The position numbers and the translations under genes are program-made. From contig OY762911.1 of assembly GCA_963666565.1 (NCBI GenBank), positions 256,001 through 320,000 of the forward strand: DNA of 64,000 bases. The letters are read 5' to 3'. The first letter of the stretch is position 1; each line of letters begins with the position of its first letter. Below, one piece after another: positions 39,364 to 49,084 of this stretch. The notes beneath the pieces are model-generated. The model was not told where the DNA came from, searched no databases, and saw nothing but the letters and a program-made list of their open reading frames with translations. This stretch comes from Thermoanaerobaculia bacterium. Its GTDB lineage: Bacteria > Acidobacteriota > Thermoanaerobaculia > Multivoradales > Multivoraceae.

Positions 39364-40047
39364 ATGCGCCTGGCCATCGTCATGCCCGTGCTCGATGAGG
39401 CGTCGCGGATACAGGCCGCCGTCGCCGCGGCGCGGCGCCACTGCGACCTGCTGATCGTCGTCGACGGCGGCAGCGGCGACGGCACCGCCGACCTGGCTGC
39501 CGGCGCCGGCGCGCGGGTCGAGACCGTGCCGCGGGCCGGGCGCGGGCTCCAGTTGCGAACGGGCGCCGACCTGGCGATCGAGGCGGGGGCCGAGGCACTG
39601 CTGTTCCTCCACGCCGACGCGCGGTTGCCGGCGGCGGCGCGACCCGCGGTGGAACGAGCGGTGAGGAACGGTGCGGCGGGCGGCGGATTCCTGATCGACT
39701 TCGAGGCGGCTCCGCGGCTGCTGCGATGGGGACGCGGGCTCATCGACGTCCGCACGCGCCGGCTGCGCCTGCCGCTCGGCGACCAGGCCCAGTTCGCGAC
39801 GGCGGCCGCCTACGCCGCCTGCGGCGGCTTCCCGGACCTGCCGATCCTGGAGGACCTGGATTTCATCCGCCGCCTGCGCCGGCAGGGGCCGATCTCGATC
39901 GTCGAGCGGCGCGTGACGACGTCGTCCAGACGCTTCGTGGAGCGAGGCGTCGTGCGCACGGTGGCGACGAACTGGCTGATCTGGCTGCTGTTCGCCGCCG
40001 GCGTGAAGCCGGCGCGGCTGGCGGGCCTCTACCCCCTGGTGCGGTAG
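39364..40047 (+). CDS. Glycosyltransferase family 2 (TIGR04283-like)
   Basis: VVDGGSGDGT, LFLHAD, GDQAQF, ILED and TSSRRF. Confidence 0.82.
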   Translation: MRLAIVMPVLDEASRIQAAVAAARRHCDLLIVVDGGSGDGTADLAAGAGARVETVPRAGRGLQLRTGADLAIEAGAEALLFLHADARLPAAARPAVERAVRNGAAGGGFLIDFEAAPRLLRWGRGLIDVRTRRLRLPLGDQAQFATAAAYAACGGFPDLPILEDLDFIRRLRRQGPISIVERRVTTSSRRFVERGVVRTVATNWLIWLLFAAGVKPARLAGLYPLVR

Positions 40048-40080
40048 CGCCAGGAGGCAGAGGCGACGCGCCTGCATGGA

Positions 40081-40150
40081 GCCGGCCTTGCGGCCGGCGC
40101 GCCCTTTGGCTGCCTTCGGCGGGAGCGGGTCGGAGGACCCGCGCACGCAG
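40081..40150. repeat. Half REPIN element; related partial copies at 16561-16621, 19904-19960, 21190-21259, 26135-26205, 27685-27702 and 31294-31326
   Basis: GCCGGCC..GGCCGGC hairpin, then GCC(T/G)CGGCGG, then GCGGGTCGGAGGACCCGCGCAC. Confidence 0.75.
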
Positions 40151-40155
40151 CGGAC

Positions 40156-40431
40156 CTAGTTGAGCGCGTCCTTCAGGGGACGGCTGACCTTGAACCGAAC
40201 GCCGTTGCTGGCCGCGATCGTCAGGGCCTCGCCGGTCTTCGGGTTGCGCCCTGCGCGGGCCGCTCGGTGCGACACGGAGAAGCTCCCGAGGCCGGGAAGC
40301 TGCACGCGGTCGCCGCTCTGCAGATGGCTCGAGATGCTGTCGATCAGGGACTGGACGGCATCCGCCGCCTGCTTCTTGCTGAGACCCGCGCCCTCGGCGA
40401 CGGCGTCTACGATGTCTGCCTTTCCGGCCAT
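40156..40431 (-). CDS. hup: DNA-binding protein HU
   Basis: GDRVQLPGLGSF..RAARAGRNPKTGE; 91 aa. Confidence 0.95.
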   Translation of the reverse strand: MAGKADIVDAVAEGAGLSKKQAADAVQSLIDSISSHLQSGDRVQLPGLGSFSVSHRAARAGRNPKTGEALTIAASNGVRFKVSRPLKDALN

Positions 40432-40497
40432 CGAACATCCTCCTCAAGAGTCGGTTATACTCGCCGGTTTTGTTCGTGAAACCCGCGAAGCCCCGAG

Positions 40498-40527
40498 AAT
40501 CTATGGCAACACGTTGAGTATTGTCAA
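40498..40527 (-). promoter_or_regulatory. Putative sigma70 promoter of hup
   Basis: Minus strand TTGACA-N18-TAGATT in an AT-rich patch. The -35 is one arm of the palindrome TGTCAA-TG-TTGACA. Confidence 0.55.
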
Positions 40528-40709
40528 TGTTGACATACGTTTCCGGCCGGTAGAGGCGACCTTCCCCGGCGCAGCCCAGCGCCTGCGGCCGCCTCTGGAA
40601 CGCTCGATGGGTCCGGGCGTCCGCGCTGGCGCGATCCGCGCTACCCACGAACCAGTCCTTGGGCACGTCACCGCCGCGCGGACGACAGGCCCTCGCACCG
40701 GCACGCGCT

Positions 40710-42116
40710 TCAGCCAGCCGAACGCCGGAGCGCCTGGACGGTGAAGCCGTCGTGCTCTTCGCCCGGCAGCAGCCGCCACAGGCCCGGCGCCTGCACGTGG
40801 TCGGCCGCCGGCCGCCGCAGATCGGCGCTCAGGTCCTGCGGCTCGAAGTCGGGCCGGGACTCCCGGAAGGCCGAGACGACCTCCTCGTTCTCCTCGGGTT
40901 CGATCGAGCAGGTGACGACGACGAGCAACCCCCCGGGCCGCACGCACTCGGCCGCGCCGCGGACGAGCGACCGGGCCTGCTCCGCCAGCCGCTCGATCTC
41001 GGCCGCGCTGATGCGCCACTTGAGTTCCGGGTGCTTGCGCAGGGTGCCGGTGCCGCTGCACGGCAGGTCGACGACCACCCGGTCGAAGCGGTCGCCGAAC
41101 GGGAGGGCGGCGCCGTCGGCGGCGCACAGGAACGGCGCCAGAGCCAGGCGTGCGGCGTTGCGGCGCATCGTCTGCAGGCGCGCGAGCGACACGTCGCTGG
41201 CCACGCAGAAGGCGTCCGGCTGGTCCGCCAGCAGCGCGAACGTCTTGCCGCCCGGCGCCGCGGCGATGTCGAGCACCCGTTCGCCGGGCGCGGGCGGCGG
41301 CACGAGCGCCGCCAGTTGACTCGCCTCGTCCTGGACGTAGAAGGCGCCGCGGCGCCAGGCCTCCGAGAAGAGCGGGTTGCCCCACTGGACCGTGAGGCAG
41401 TGCGGCGCCAGCACGGACGGCTCGACGCCGACATCGTCGTCGATCAACTGCTCCGCCAGCAGGGCGCGGCCGCCCCGGTCGCGGAAGGCGAGCAGATGGA
41501 GCGGCTTCGGCCGGTTGTTCGCGGTCAGGATGGCGATCGTCCGCTTCTCGCCGTAGGCGCGAAGCCAGCGTTCGACCAGCAGGTCCGGGTGCGAGTGCAG
41601 GACGCCGAGGCGGGCCGCGGGATCGGCCGCCTCGACCGGCCAGGCGTCGCGGCGGGGCGAACGGGCGATCCGCCGCAGCACGCCGTTGACGAAGCTGGCG
41701 CCGCCGGCGTGGGTGCGGCTCGCGGCCTGTTCGACCGCCTCGTTGACCGCGGCGTGCGCGGGAACCCGGTCCAGGAAGAAGAGCTGGTACACGCCCATCC
41801 GCAGCGGCGCCAGCAGGGAACGCTGGATCCGGTCCAGGGGCCGCCCGGAGGCCGAGGCGAGCACGTGGTCGATGAAGCGCAGCCAGCGCAGCGTCCCCAG
41901 CACGAGCTCCCGCAGCAGCCCATGATCCCTCGGGTCGCAGCGCTCGAGCGCGCCGTCCAGGAAGGTCGAGGCCGGCGCCCTGGACTCCAGGGTGCGCTCC
42001 AGCACGAAGGCGGCCGATTCCCGCACCTTGGCGTGGGCCGTCCGCGGCGCCTCCGCCCGGCGCCGGCGCCAACCGGGACCGGAACCCAGGTTCCGGATCG
42101 GCCGACGCCTGCTCAT
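40710..42116 (-). CDS. rsmB: 16S rRNA m5C967 methyltransferase RsmB (NusB-like N-terminal domain)
   Basis: AAVNEAVE, FVNGVLR, YVQDEASQ, AAPGGKT, PCSGTG and TCS..EENE. Confidence 0.92.
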   Translation of the reverse strand: MSRRRPIRNLGSGPGWRRRRAEAPRTAHAKVRESAAFVLERTLESRAPASTFLDGALERCDPRDHGLLRELVLGTLRWLRFIDHVLASASGRPLDRIQRSLLAPLRMGVYQLFFLDRVPAHAAVNEAVEQAASRTHAGGASFVNGVLRRIARSPRRDAWPVEAADPAARLGVLHSHPDLLVERWLRAYGEKRTIAILTANNRPKPLHLLAFRDRGGRALLAEQLIDDDVGVEPSVLAPHCLTVQWGNPLFSEAWRRGAFYVQDEASQLAALVPPPAPGERVLDIAAAPGGKTFALLADQPDAFCVASDVSLARLQTMRRNAARLALAPFLCAADGAALPFGDRFDRVVVDLPCSGTGTLRKHPELKWRISAAEIERLAEQARSLVRGAAECVRPGGLLVVVTCSIEPEENEEVVSAFRESRPDFEPQDLSADLRRPAADHVQAPGLWRLLPGEEHDGFTVQALRRSAG

Positions 42117-43216
42117 TCCGGCGCCCCGAAGCGCTCGCCGACCGCCAGGCGCAGGCCGTTCGCCAGGTCGACGCCGCCGACCGCGCGGCGGCCCGGCCGC
42201 TGCACGCGGTCGAGCGCCAGGGTCGATCCGCCGCCGCAACGGACCAGGGCGGCCCGGCCGAGGCCCTCGATCCGATGGCACCCCAGGAACGTGCCCGGCC
42301 CACCGGACGAGCCGGTCTTCCGACCCGCCGCCGCCTCCACGCCACCGTCGCCATCCAGCGCGGCCTGCCCACCGGGTGCGCGAGTCTTCCGACCCGCTGC
42401 CGCCGCCTCCGGGCCGCCGGCGCCAACCGGCACGTCGGGCAGGCTCACGGGCCGCGCCGCGACGATCCGCACAGCTTCGCCCCGCAGCCAGGCGCGCGAC
42501 CCGGGCCACGGCTCGTAGGCGCGCACCCGGCAGGCGATGTCGCCGGCTTCCCGGTTCCAGTCCACGACGCCGTCGGCCGCGCGGAGCATCGGCGCATGGG
42601 TCGCGCGCGCGCCGCACTGCGGCCGGGGCGCGACCTCGCCGCACTCCAGGCCGTCGAGCGTGCGGACGAGCAGCCGGGCGCCGGCGGCGGCAAGGCGCGG
42701 CGTCAGCTCGCCGGCGGTCTCGCGTGGGCCGATCGCCACTTCCTCCCGAAGCAGGATCGGCCCGGTGTCGAGTCCTTCCTCCATGACCATCGTGGTGACT
42801 CCCGTCACCGTGTCGCCGTTCGCGATCGCCGCCTGGATCGGCGAGGCGCCGCGCCAGGCCGGCAGCAGGGAGGCGTGGACGTTCAGGCAGCCGCCGGCCG
42901 GCAGCTCGAGCAGCGCCCGCGGGAAGATCCTGCCGTAGGCCGCGACGACGGCCAGGTCGGGGTCCAGCGCGCGGAGCCGTTCGAGGAACTCGTCGTCCCG
43001 CACCTTCGCCGGCTGCAGCAGGTCGATGCCGTGCCGGGCCGCCCAGCGGGCGACCGGCGGTTCGGCGAGCCGGCCGCCCCGGCCCGCGCGCCGGGCAGGC
43101 TGGCTGACGACCGCGAACGGACGGCGGCCCGCCGCGTCCAGGGCGGCCAGCGACGGCACCGCGAACTCCGGCGTGCCGAAGAAGACGATCCTCTCGAAGC
43201 TCGGCCGCGCGGACAT
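42113..43216 (-). CDS. fmt: Methionyl-tRNA formyltransferase with REP-derived in-frame insertion
   Basis: FFGTPEFA, VAAYG, NVHASLLPAWRGASPI, GLDTG and PWPG. Confidence 0.94.
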   Translation of the reverse strand: MSARPSFERIVFFGTPEFAVPSLAALDAAGRRPFAVVSQPARRAGRGGRLAEPPVARWAARHGIDLLQPAKVRDDEFLERLRALDPDLAVVAAYGRIFPRALLELPAGGCLNVHASLLPAWRGASPIQAAIANGDTVTGVTTMVMEEGLDTGPILLREEVAIGPRETAGELTPRLAAAGARLLVRTLDGLECGEVAPRPQCGARATHAPMLRAADGVVDWNREAGDIACRVRAYEPWPGSRAWLRGEAVRIVAARPVSLPDVPVGAGGPEAAAAGRKTRAPGGQAALDGDGGVEAAAGRKTGSSGGPGTFLGCHRIEGLGRAALVRCGGGSTLALDRVQRPGRRAVGGVDLANGLRLAVGERFGAPE

Positions 43217-43286
43217 GAGCGCGAGCCTAGCGCCCGACGTTCTCCGGCCCCCTTCGGCGAATGCGGGTCAGGCACCCGGCTGGCGA

Positions 43287-45683
43287 CTACTCGAACGCGA
43301 TCTGCGACTGGTCGATCTCTTCGAAGTAGTCCGGGGGCACGAGGACGTCCCGGGGCTTGCTACCCTGGGCCGGGCCCAGGATGCCGTCCTGCTCCATCAG
43401 ATCGACGAGGCGCGAGGCGCGCGAAAAGCCCACCCTCATGCGGCGCTGGAGGAAGCTCGCCGATCCCATCCGTTCCGAGACGACCAGCCGGGCCGCCTCG
43501 TCGTAGAGGACGTCGCCGCCGCCGTTGTCGCCGCCGTGCGCGGAACGCTCCTCCGGCGGCGGCGCCAGCACGGCCGGGTCGAGGTTGGGCTGGCCCTGGC
43601 GCTTGAGCCAGCGAACCAGCGCCGCCGTTTCCTGCTCGGTCACGAAGGCGCCGTGGAGGCGAAGCGTCCGGGCGCTGCCCGGCGGCATGAACAGCATGTC
43701 GCCCTTGCCAAGCAGTTTCTCGGCGCCGACCTGGTCGAGGATCGTGCGCGAGTCGTGCCGGGTCGCCGCCGCGTACGAGATCCGGCACGGGAAGTTCGCC
43801 TTGATCGTGCCGGTCAGGACGTCGACGGACGGGCGCTGGGTGGCGACGATCAGGTGGATGCCGACCGCGCGCGCCATCTGCGCCAGCCGGGCGATCGAGG
43901 TCTCGACCTCGGACGAGGCGACCATCATCAGGTCGGCCAGTTCGTCGATCACGATCACGTAGTACGGGAGCGGTTCGAGACTGCGCGGTTCGGCGGGTTC
44001 GTCCGCCTCCTCGTCCCGCAGCCGCAGCCGGCGGGCCACCTCCGGATCGGCGATCGCCTCGTTGTAGAAAGCGATCGACCGGACGTGAACCTCGGCGAGC
44101 AGACGGTAGCGGCGCTCCATCTCGGCCACCGCCCAGCGCAGCGCGTTCGAAGCCTGCTTCGGCTCCACCACGACCGCAGTCTTCAGGTGCGGGATGTCCG
44201 CGTAGACCCCGAGTTCGATCCGCTTCGGGTCGATCAGGATGAACTGGACTTCGTCGCTCCGCGCCCGGTAGAGGATCGAGGTCAGCATGCCCTGGAGGCC
44301 GACGCTCTTGCCGGCGCCGGTGGCCCCCGCGACCAGCAGATGCGGCATCTTCGCGAGGTCCGCGAAGTACGGTTCGCCGCGAAGCGTCCGCCCGAGCGCC
44401 ATGGTGAGCGGGGACTTGCCGTCCCGGCACTCCGGTTCGGCCAGGAGGCTGCCCAGCGGAATGATCGTCCGGCGCTTGTTCGGCACCTCGATGCCGAGGG
44501 TGGACCGGCCGGGCATCCGCTCGATCCGGATCGCCTCGGCCTTGAGCGAGAGCGCCAGGTCGTCCTGCAGGTTGACGATCTGGGCGACCTTGACGCCGGG
44601 CGCCGGGCGGAACTCGAACACGGTGATGACCGGGCCGGGGCTGATCCCCTCGATCGTGCCTTCGACGCCGAACTCGGCGCAGCGGGCCCGGATCAGTTCG
44701 CCGAGTTCCCGTAGTTCGTCCTCGTCGACCTCGGCGTTCACTTCGTCGCTGAAGAGCAGGTCGAGCGGCGGCAGCTCCGCGTTCTCCGCCTGCGGCTCGG
44801 CCTGCTCCGCCGCCCCGGCCGCGGCCGTCGGGGGCGCCGGCGCGGGGGCTGGCGCGGCCTCGACCGGCGCCGATCGGGCGGCCTTCGCCTTTGCCTTCGC
44901 CTTCTTCCGCGCCGAGCGGCGCAGCGGAAGGTCCGCGAGCGGCGCCTCGCCAGCCTCCGCGTCGGCCTTCTCCTCGCCGCGGTCGGAGGCGCCGGCAGCC
45001 TTCGGCTTCTTCTTCCGCGGCCTCGGCTTGAGCCCGACGAAGAACGCCTTGAGCCCAACGAAGAGTGCCTGGAGCCGTCGCCAGCCGGCGGCGAGAGACT
45101 CGTCCAGGCTGCCGCGCATGGTCAGCGCGATCCCGAACACGAGGGCCGAGAAGGCGATCACTCCGGCGCCGATCCCGCCCAACTGGCTCGCGACCCCGCC
45201 GGCGATCGTCGAGCCCAGGAAGCCGCCGGCGACGAGGGGTTCGCCCCGGAACGACACCTCGCCCGCGGCCAGCGCGATCAGCGTCGGCGTGGCGACCAGG
45301 GCGAGGAAGATGCCGATTCCCTGCAGGACGGACGGAGCGTCCGCGCGAGCGCGCACCAACCGGTAGCCCAGGGCGAGGACCGCCAGCGCCACCGCGAGCA
45401 CGGCGAACCCGAAGAACCCGTAGCCGGCGGCGGCGACGTGGGCGCCCACCGGCCCGATCAGGTTCCCCGTCTCGGCCGGTTCGTCGGCGCTCCGCATGAA
45501 GCTCGGGTCGCTCGGCTGGTAGCTCAGCAGACTGAGCAGCAGCAGCGCGCCGAGCATGAGCAACAGCAGGCCGACCAGTTCTCCGGCCTTGCCGGCCGGA
45601 AGACCGGCGGCCAGCGCAAAGCGCCTGGGGCGATCATCCGAGCGAATCATCGACGCCCTCCCACGAAGCGTTGACGGGAACAT
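43287..45683 (-). CDS. ftsK: DNA translocase FtsK
   Basis: N-terminal TM segments; PHLLVAGATGAGKS, IDELADLM, ATQRPSVDV, GAEKLLGKGDM and gamma domain. Start uncertain. Confidence 0.95.
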   Translation of the reverse strand: MFPSTLRGRASMIRSDDRPRRFALAAGLPAGKAGELVGLLLLMLGALLLLSLLSYQPSDPSFMRSADEPAETGNLIGPVGAHVAAAGYGFFGFAVLAVALAVLALGYRLVRARADAPSVLQGIGIFLALVATPTLIALAAGEVSFRGEPLVAGGFLGSTIAGGVASQLGGIGAGVIAFSALVFGIALTMRGSLDESLAAGWRRLQALFVGLKAFFVGLKPRPRKKKPKAAGASDRGEEKADAEAGEAPLADLPLRRSARKKAKAKAKAARSAPVEAAPAPAPAPPTAAAGAAEQAEPQAENAELPPLDLLFSDEVNAEVDEDELRELGELIRARCAEFGVEGTIEGISPGPVITVFEFRPAPGVKVAQIVNLQDDLALSLKAEAIRIERMPGRSTLGIEVPNKRRTIIPLGSLLAEPECRDGKSPLTMALGRTLRGEPYFADLAKMPHLLVAGATGAGKSVGLQGMLTSILYRARSDEVQFILIDPKRIELGVYADIPHLKTAVVVEPKQASNALRWAVAEMERRYRLLAEVHVRSIAFYNEAIADPEVARRLRLRDEEADEPAEPRSLEPLPYYVIVIDELADLMMVASSEVETSIARLAQMARAVGIHLIVATQRPSVDVLTGTIKANFPCRISYAAATRHDSRTILDQVGAEKLLGKGDMLFMPPGSARTLRLHGAFVTEQETAALVRWLKRQGQPNLDPAVLAPPPEERSAHGGDNGGGDVLYDEAARLVVSERMGSASFLQRRMRVGFSRASRLVDLMEQDGILGPAQGSKPRDVLVPPDYFEEIDQSQIAFE

Positions 45684-45759
45684 GCACGGGCCGACGATTG
45701 TATCCGATGTAGCCGAATATGGCTATATTCCTGTGGTTTGGCGGATCGGCGCCGCCGAT

Positions 45760-46569
45760 TCAGGCCCGTGCCGGCCGCCGCCGGGCGCGGAACAGCGCGA
45801 CGAACTCCGCCAGGCCGAGGGCCTCCGCGCGGACCTTCGCCGGCAGTCCCAGGGCCGCGATCGCGGCCGCCGCCGCGGGCCGTCCCAGCGATGGGCCCAG
45901 GTTGTTCAGCAGGGTCTTCCGGCGCTGGCCGAACGCGGTTCGCACCAGCGCCCTGAAGTCGGCCCAGTCGTCGTCCGCGACGGCGGGCTCGATCCGTTCC
46001 AGGCCGACGAAGGCGCTCGTGACGGCCGGCGGCGGCACGAAGCTCCCCGGCGGAACGAGGTTGAGCCGGCGGGCGGCGGCCCGGGCCCGGGTCAGCACGG
46101 TCAGCGCGCCGTAGGCGCCGTCGCCCGGCGCGGCGGTCAGCCGGTCCGCGACCTCGCGCTGAACCAGGAAGGCCGACCGCAGGCCGACCGGGGCGCGCTC
46201 GAGGACCGCGGAGACGATCCGGGTGGCCACGTTGTAGGGCAGATTGCCGGCGATCCGGGTCGCGGCCGGCGCACGGCCGTAGCCGAGGTCGCAGGCGTCG
46301 CCCACGGCGAGCCGGAGCCTGGGGTCGGCGAGGCGCCGGCGCAGCGCGAAGGCCCAGGCCGGATCGAGTTCGCAGGCGAACACGCGGCTAGCGCCCCGCT
46401 CGAGCAGCAGCCGCGTCAGGACGCCGCCGCCGGGACCGATCTCGATCACCGTCCGGCCGGACACGTCCAGGAAGTCGACCGCGGGCGCCGCCGATTCCGC
46501 GTGGCGAAGGTGGTGCTGGCCCAGGGATCGGCGGAGCGGCGGATCGCTCCTGCGCGGCGAGGCGGTCAC
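45760..46569 (-). CDS. rsmA: 16S rRNA dimethyltransferase RsmA/KsgA
   Basis: LGQH, EIGPGGG, GNLPYNV, QREVA and FGQRRKTL. GTG start inferred. Confidence 0.93.
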   Translation of the reverse strand: MTASPRRSDPPLRRSLGQHHLRHAESAAPAVDFLDVSGRTVIEIGPGGGVLTRLLLERGASRVFACELDPAWAFALRRRLADPRLRLAVGDACDLGYGRAPAATRIAGNLPYNVATRIVSAVLERAPVGLRSAFLVQREVADRLTAAPGDGAYGALTVLTRARAAARRLNLVPPGSFVPPPAVTSAFVGLERIEPAVADDDWADFRALVRTAFGQRRKTLLNNLGPSLGRPAAAAAIAALGLPAKVRAEALGLAEFVALFRARRRPARA

Positions 46570-46762
46570 CGGGCCGCACGGTAGCAGCCGGCGGCGGGGG
46601 ACCCGGACTGGACGTTGTTGGCGGACGCGGGTGGTTCTGCAGATGTGGGTGCCGGGGTGCCAACGAGGAGCGGAGCTTCCAAGCGGCTGCTTCGTGCGTC
46701 GGCATAAGCTCGGCGTTCCTGTCACGAGCGCCGTGATCCCTCACCGTCCTTCAGGAGCCGTC

Positions 46763-49084
46763 ATGGATTCAACGAGCCCGCAACCGAGCCGACCGGAAGA
46801 GGCGCCGCCCTGGGAGCCGACTGCCTGCATTCTTTGCGAGTGCAACTGCGGCATCCAGATCCAGCTCGGCGGCGACGACGGGCGGCAGTTTGCGCGCATT
46901 CGCGGCGACCGGGCGAATCCGGTGTCGAAGGGGTACGTCTGCCAGAAGGCCGGCCGGCTGAACCACTACCAGAACAGCCGCGACCGGCTGCTGTCGCCCA
47001 TGCGCCGACGGCCGGACGGCGGTTACGAGGAGATCGACTGGGACACGGCGATCCGCGAGGTCGCCGAGCGGCTGTCGGGCGTGCGCGACCGCTTCGGCGG
47101 CGAGTCGATCTTCTACTATGGCGGCGGCGGCCAGGGGAACCACCTGCCGGGCTTCTACGCCCGCTCCACCCTGCGCGCGCTCGGCTCCACGTTCCGCTCC
47201 AACGCGCTCGCGCAGGAGAAGACGGGCGAGTTCTGGGTCGCCCAGCAGATGGCCGGCGCGCCTTCGCGGGGCGACTTCGAACATTGCGAGGTCGGGGTGT
47301 TCCTGGGCAAGAACCCGTGGCAGTCGCACGGCATCCCCCGCGCGCGGGTGACGCTGCGCGAGCTCTCGAAGGACCCGGAGCGCTGCCTCATCGTGATCGA
47401 CGTCCGGCGCACGGAGACCGCCGACCTGGCCGACATCTTCCTTCAGGTGAAGCCGGGCAGCGACGCCTGGCTGCTGGCGGCGATGCTGGCAGCCCTGCTG
47501 GAGGAGGACCTGACGGACGCGGACTTCATCGCCCGGCACACGGACGGCTTCGAGGACGTGCGCCCCTGGCTGGAGCGGATCGACGTCGCCGCCGCCTGCG
47601 CCGCGTGCGGCGTGCCCGAGGAGCAGGTCCGGCTCGCCACGCGCCGCATCGCGGCCGCGTCGAGCGTCGCCGTGTTCGAGGACCTCGGCGTCCAGATGAA
47701 CCGCAACTCGACCCTCGTCAGCTACCTGCAGCGGCTGGTCTGGATGCTGACCGGCAACTTCGCCAGGCACGGCGCCCAGAACGTCTCCACCTCCCTGGTC
47801 CCGATCGCCGCGTCGCGGTCCGCCGGACCGCGGAAGACGCCGGTGACCGGCGCTCCCGTCATCGCCGGCCTCGTGCCCTGCAACGCGATCGCCGAGGAAA
47901 TCGTCACCGAGCACCCGAAGCGCTTCCGCGCGATGATCGTCGAGAGCGCGAACCCGGCGCACTCCCTGGCGGACAGCAACGCGATGCGCGAGGCGTTGCG
48001 GGCGCTCGAATGCGTCGTCGTCATCGACATCGCGATGACCGAGACCGCCCGCCTGGCCGACTACGTCCTGCCCGCGACCACGCAGTACGAGAAGGCGGAG
48101 GCGGTGTTCTTCAACTTCGAGTTCCCGGACAACGCCTTCTTCCTGCGCCGGCCGCTGCTCGATCCTCCGGCCACCGACAAGGCGGGACCGCTGCCGGAGC
48201 CGGAGATCCACTGCCGGCTCACGGAAGCCCTGGGCGGCTACTCGCAGGGGCAGGTCGACGAACTGCGGGCGGCCCTGCGCGACGGCGGCCGGACCGCGTT
48301 CGGGCTCGCCTTCCAGGCCGCGACCCGGAACGACCCGCGCCTCGCCGGCGTCGCTCCGGCGCTCCTCTACCGCACCCTGGGCGAGACGCTGCCGGACGGC
48401 CTGGAGTCCGCCGCCGCGTTGTGGAGCGCGGCCCACATCTGCGCCCACCGGTTCGGCGACTCGATCCGGCGCGCCGGCATCGAAGGCGAGGGGCCCGCGC
48501 TCGGCGAAGCCCTCTTCGACGCGATCGTCGACAGCCCGACCGGCCTGGTGTTCTCGAGCGACCCGCCCGAGGTCTCCTGGCAGCGCGTCGGGACGGCGAA
48601 CGGGCGCCTCCAGCTCGCGATCCCGGAGCTTTACGGCGCGATCGAGGAACTTCTCGCCGAAGCCGGCCCAGGCATCACCAGCCCGTCGTTCCCGCTCGTG
48701 CTCTCCGCGGGCGAGCGGCGCTCCTACACCGCGAACACGATCTACCGCGACCCGGCCTGGCGGCGGAAGGCGATGGAGGAGGCGCTCGCCCTCTCGGCTG
48801 CCGACGCTGCGGAACTCGAGATCGCCGACGGCGACCGCGTCCGCCTGGTGACGCCACGCGGCGCCGCCGAAGTTCCGGCGATGGTCAGCGACCGGATGCA
48901 GGCGGGGCACATATCGCTGCCGAACGGCCTCGGGCTGGACTACCCGGACGAGGCCGGCGAGCGCGAGAGCGACGGCGTCGCGCCCAACGAACTGACGAGC
49001 GCCGCGGATCGCGACCCGATCGCCGGCACGCCGTGGCACAAGAGCGTGCCGGCGCGCCTGGAGCGCATTGCCGATGCCGGCTAG
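46763..49084 (+). CDS. Molybdopterin-dependent oxidoreductase (DMSO reductase superfamily), substrate unknown
   Basis: CILCECNC...C [4Fe-4S] motif, ETARLADYVLPA and C-terminal dinucleotide-binding domain. AGGAG RBS; no Tat signal seen. Confidence 0.88.
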   Translation: MDSTSPQPSRPEEAPPWEPTACILCECNCGIQIQLGGDDGRQFARIRGDRANPVSKGYVCQKAGRLNHYQNSRDRLLSPMRRRPDGGYEEIDWDTAIREVAERLSGVRDRFGGESIFYYGGGGQGNHLPGFYARSTLRALGSTFRSNALAQEKTGEFWVAQQMAGAPSRGDFEHCEVGVFLGKNPWQSHGIPRARVTLRELSKDPERCLIVIDVRRTETADLADIFLQVKPGSDAWLLAAMLAALLEEDLTDADFIARHTDGFEDVRPWLERIDVAAACAACGVPEEQVRLATRRIAAASSVAVFEDLGVQMNRNSTLVSYLQRLVWMLTGNFARHGAQNVSTSLVPIAASRSAGPRKTPVTGAPVIAGLVPCNAIAEEIVTEHPKRFRAMIVESANPAHSLADSNAMREALRALECVVVIDIAMTETARLADYVLPATTQYEKAEAVFFNFEFPDNAFFLRRPLLDPPATDKAGPLPEPEIHCRLTEALGGYSQGQVDELRAALRDGGRTAFGLAFQAATRNDPRLAGVAPALLYRTLGETLPDGLESAAALWSAAHICAHRFGDSIRRAGIEGEGPALGEALFDAIVDSPTGLVFSSDPPEVSWQRVGTANGRLQLAIPELYGAIEELLAEAGPGITSPSFPLVLSAGERRSYTANTIYRDPAWRRKAMEEALALSAADAAELEIADGDRVRLVTPRGAAEVPAMVSDRMQAGHISLPNGLGLDYPDEAGERESDGVAPNELTSAADRDPIAGTPWHKSVPARLERIADAG

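Noticed and set aside
45027-45068. 21-bp duplication in ftsK (FVGLK twice)
   Set aside because: Simple slippage in a variable linker; no further signal.
46637-46663. Possible sigma54 promoter between rsmA and the Mo-oxidoreductase
   Set aside because: The GG-to-GC spacing is 11 rather than the required 10.
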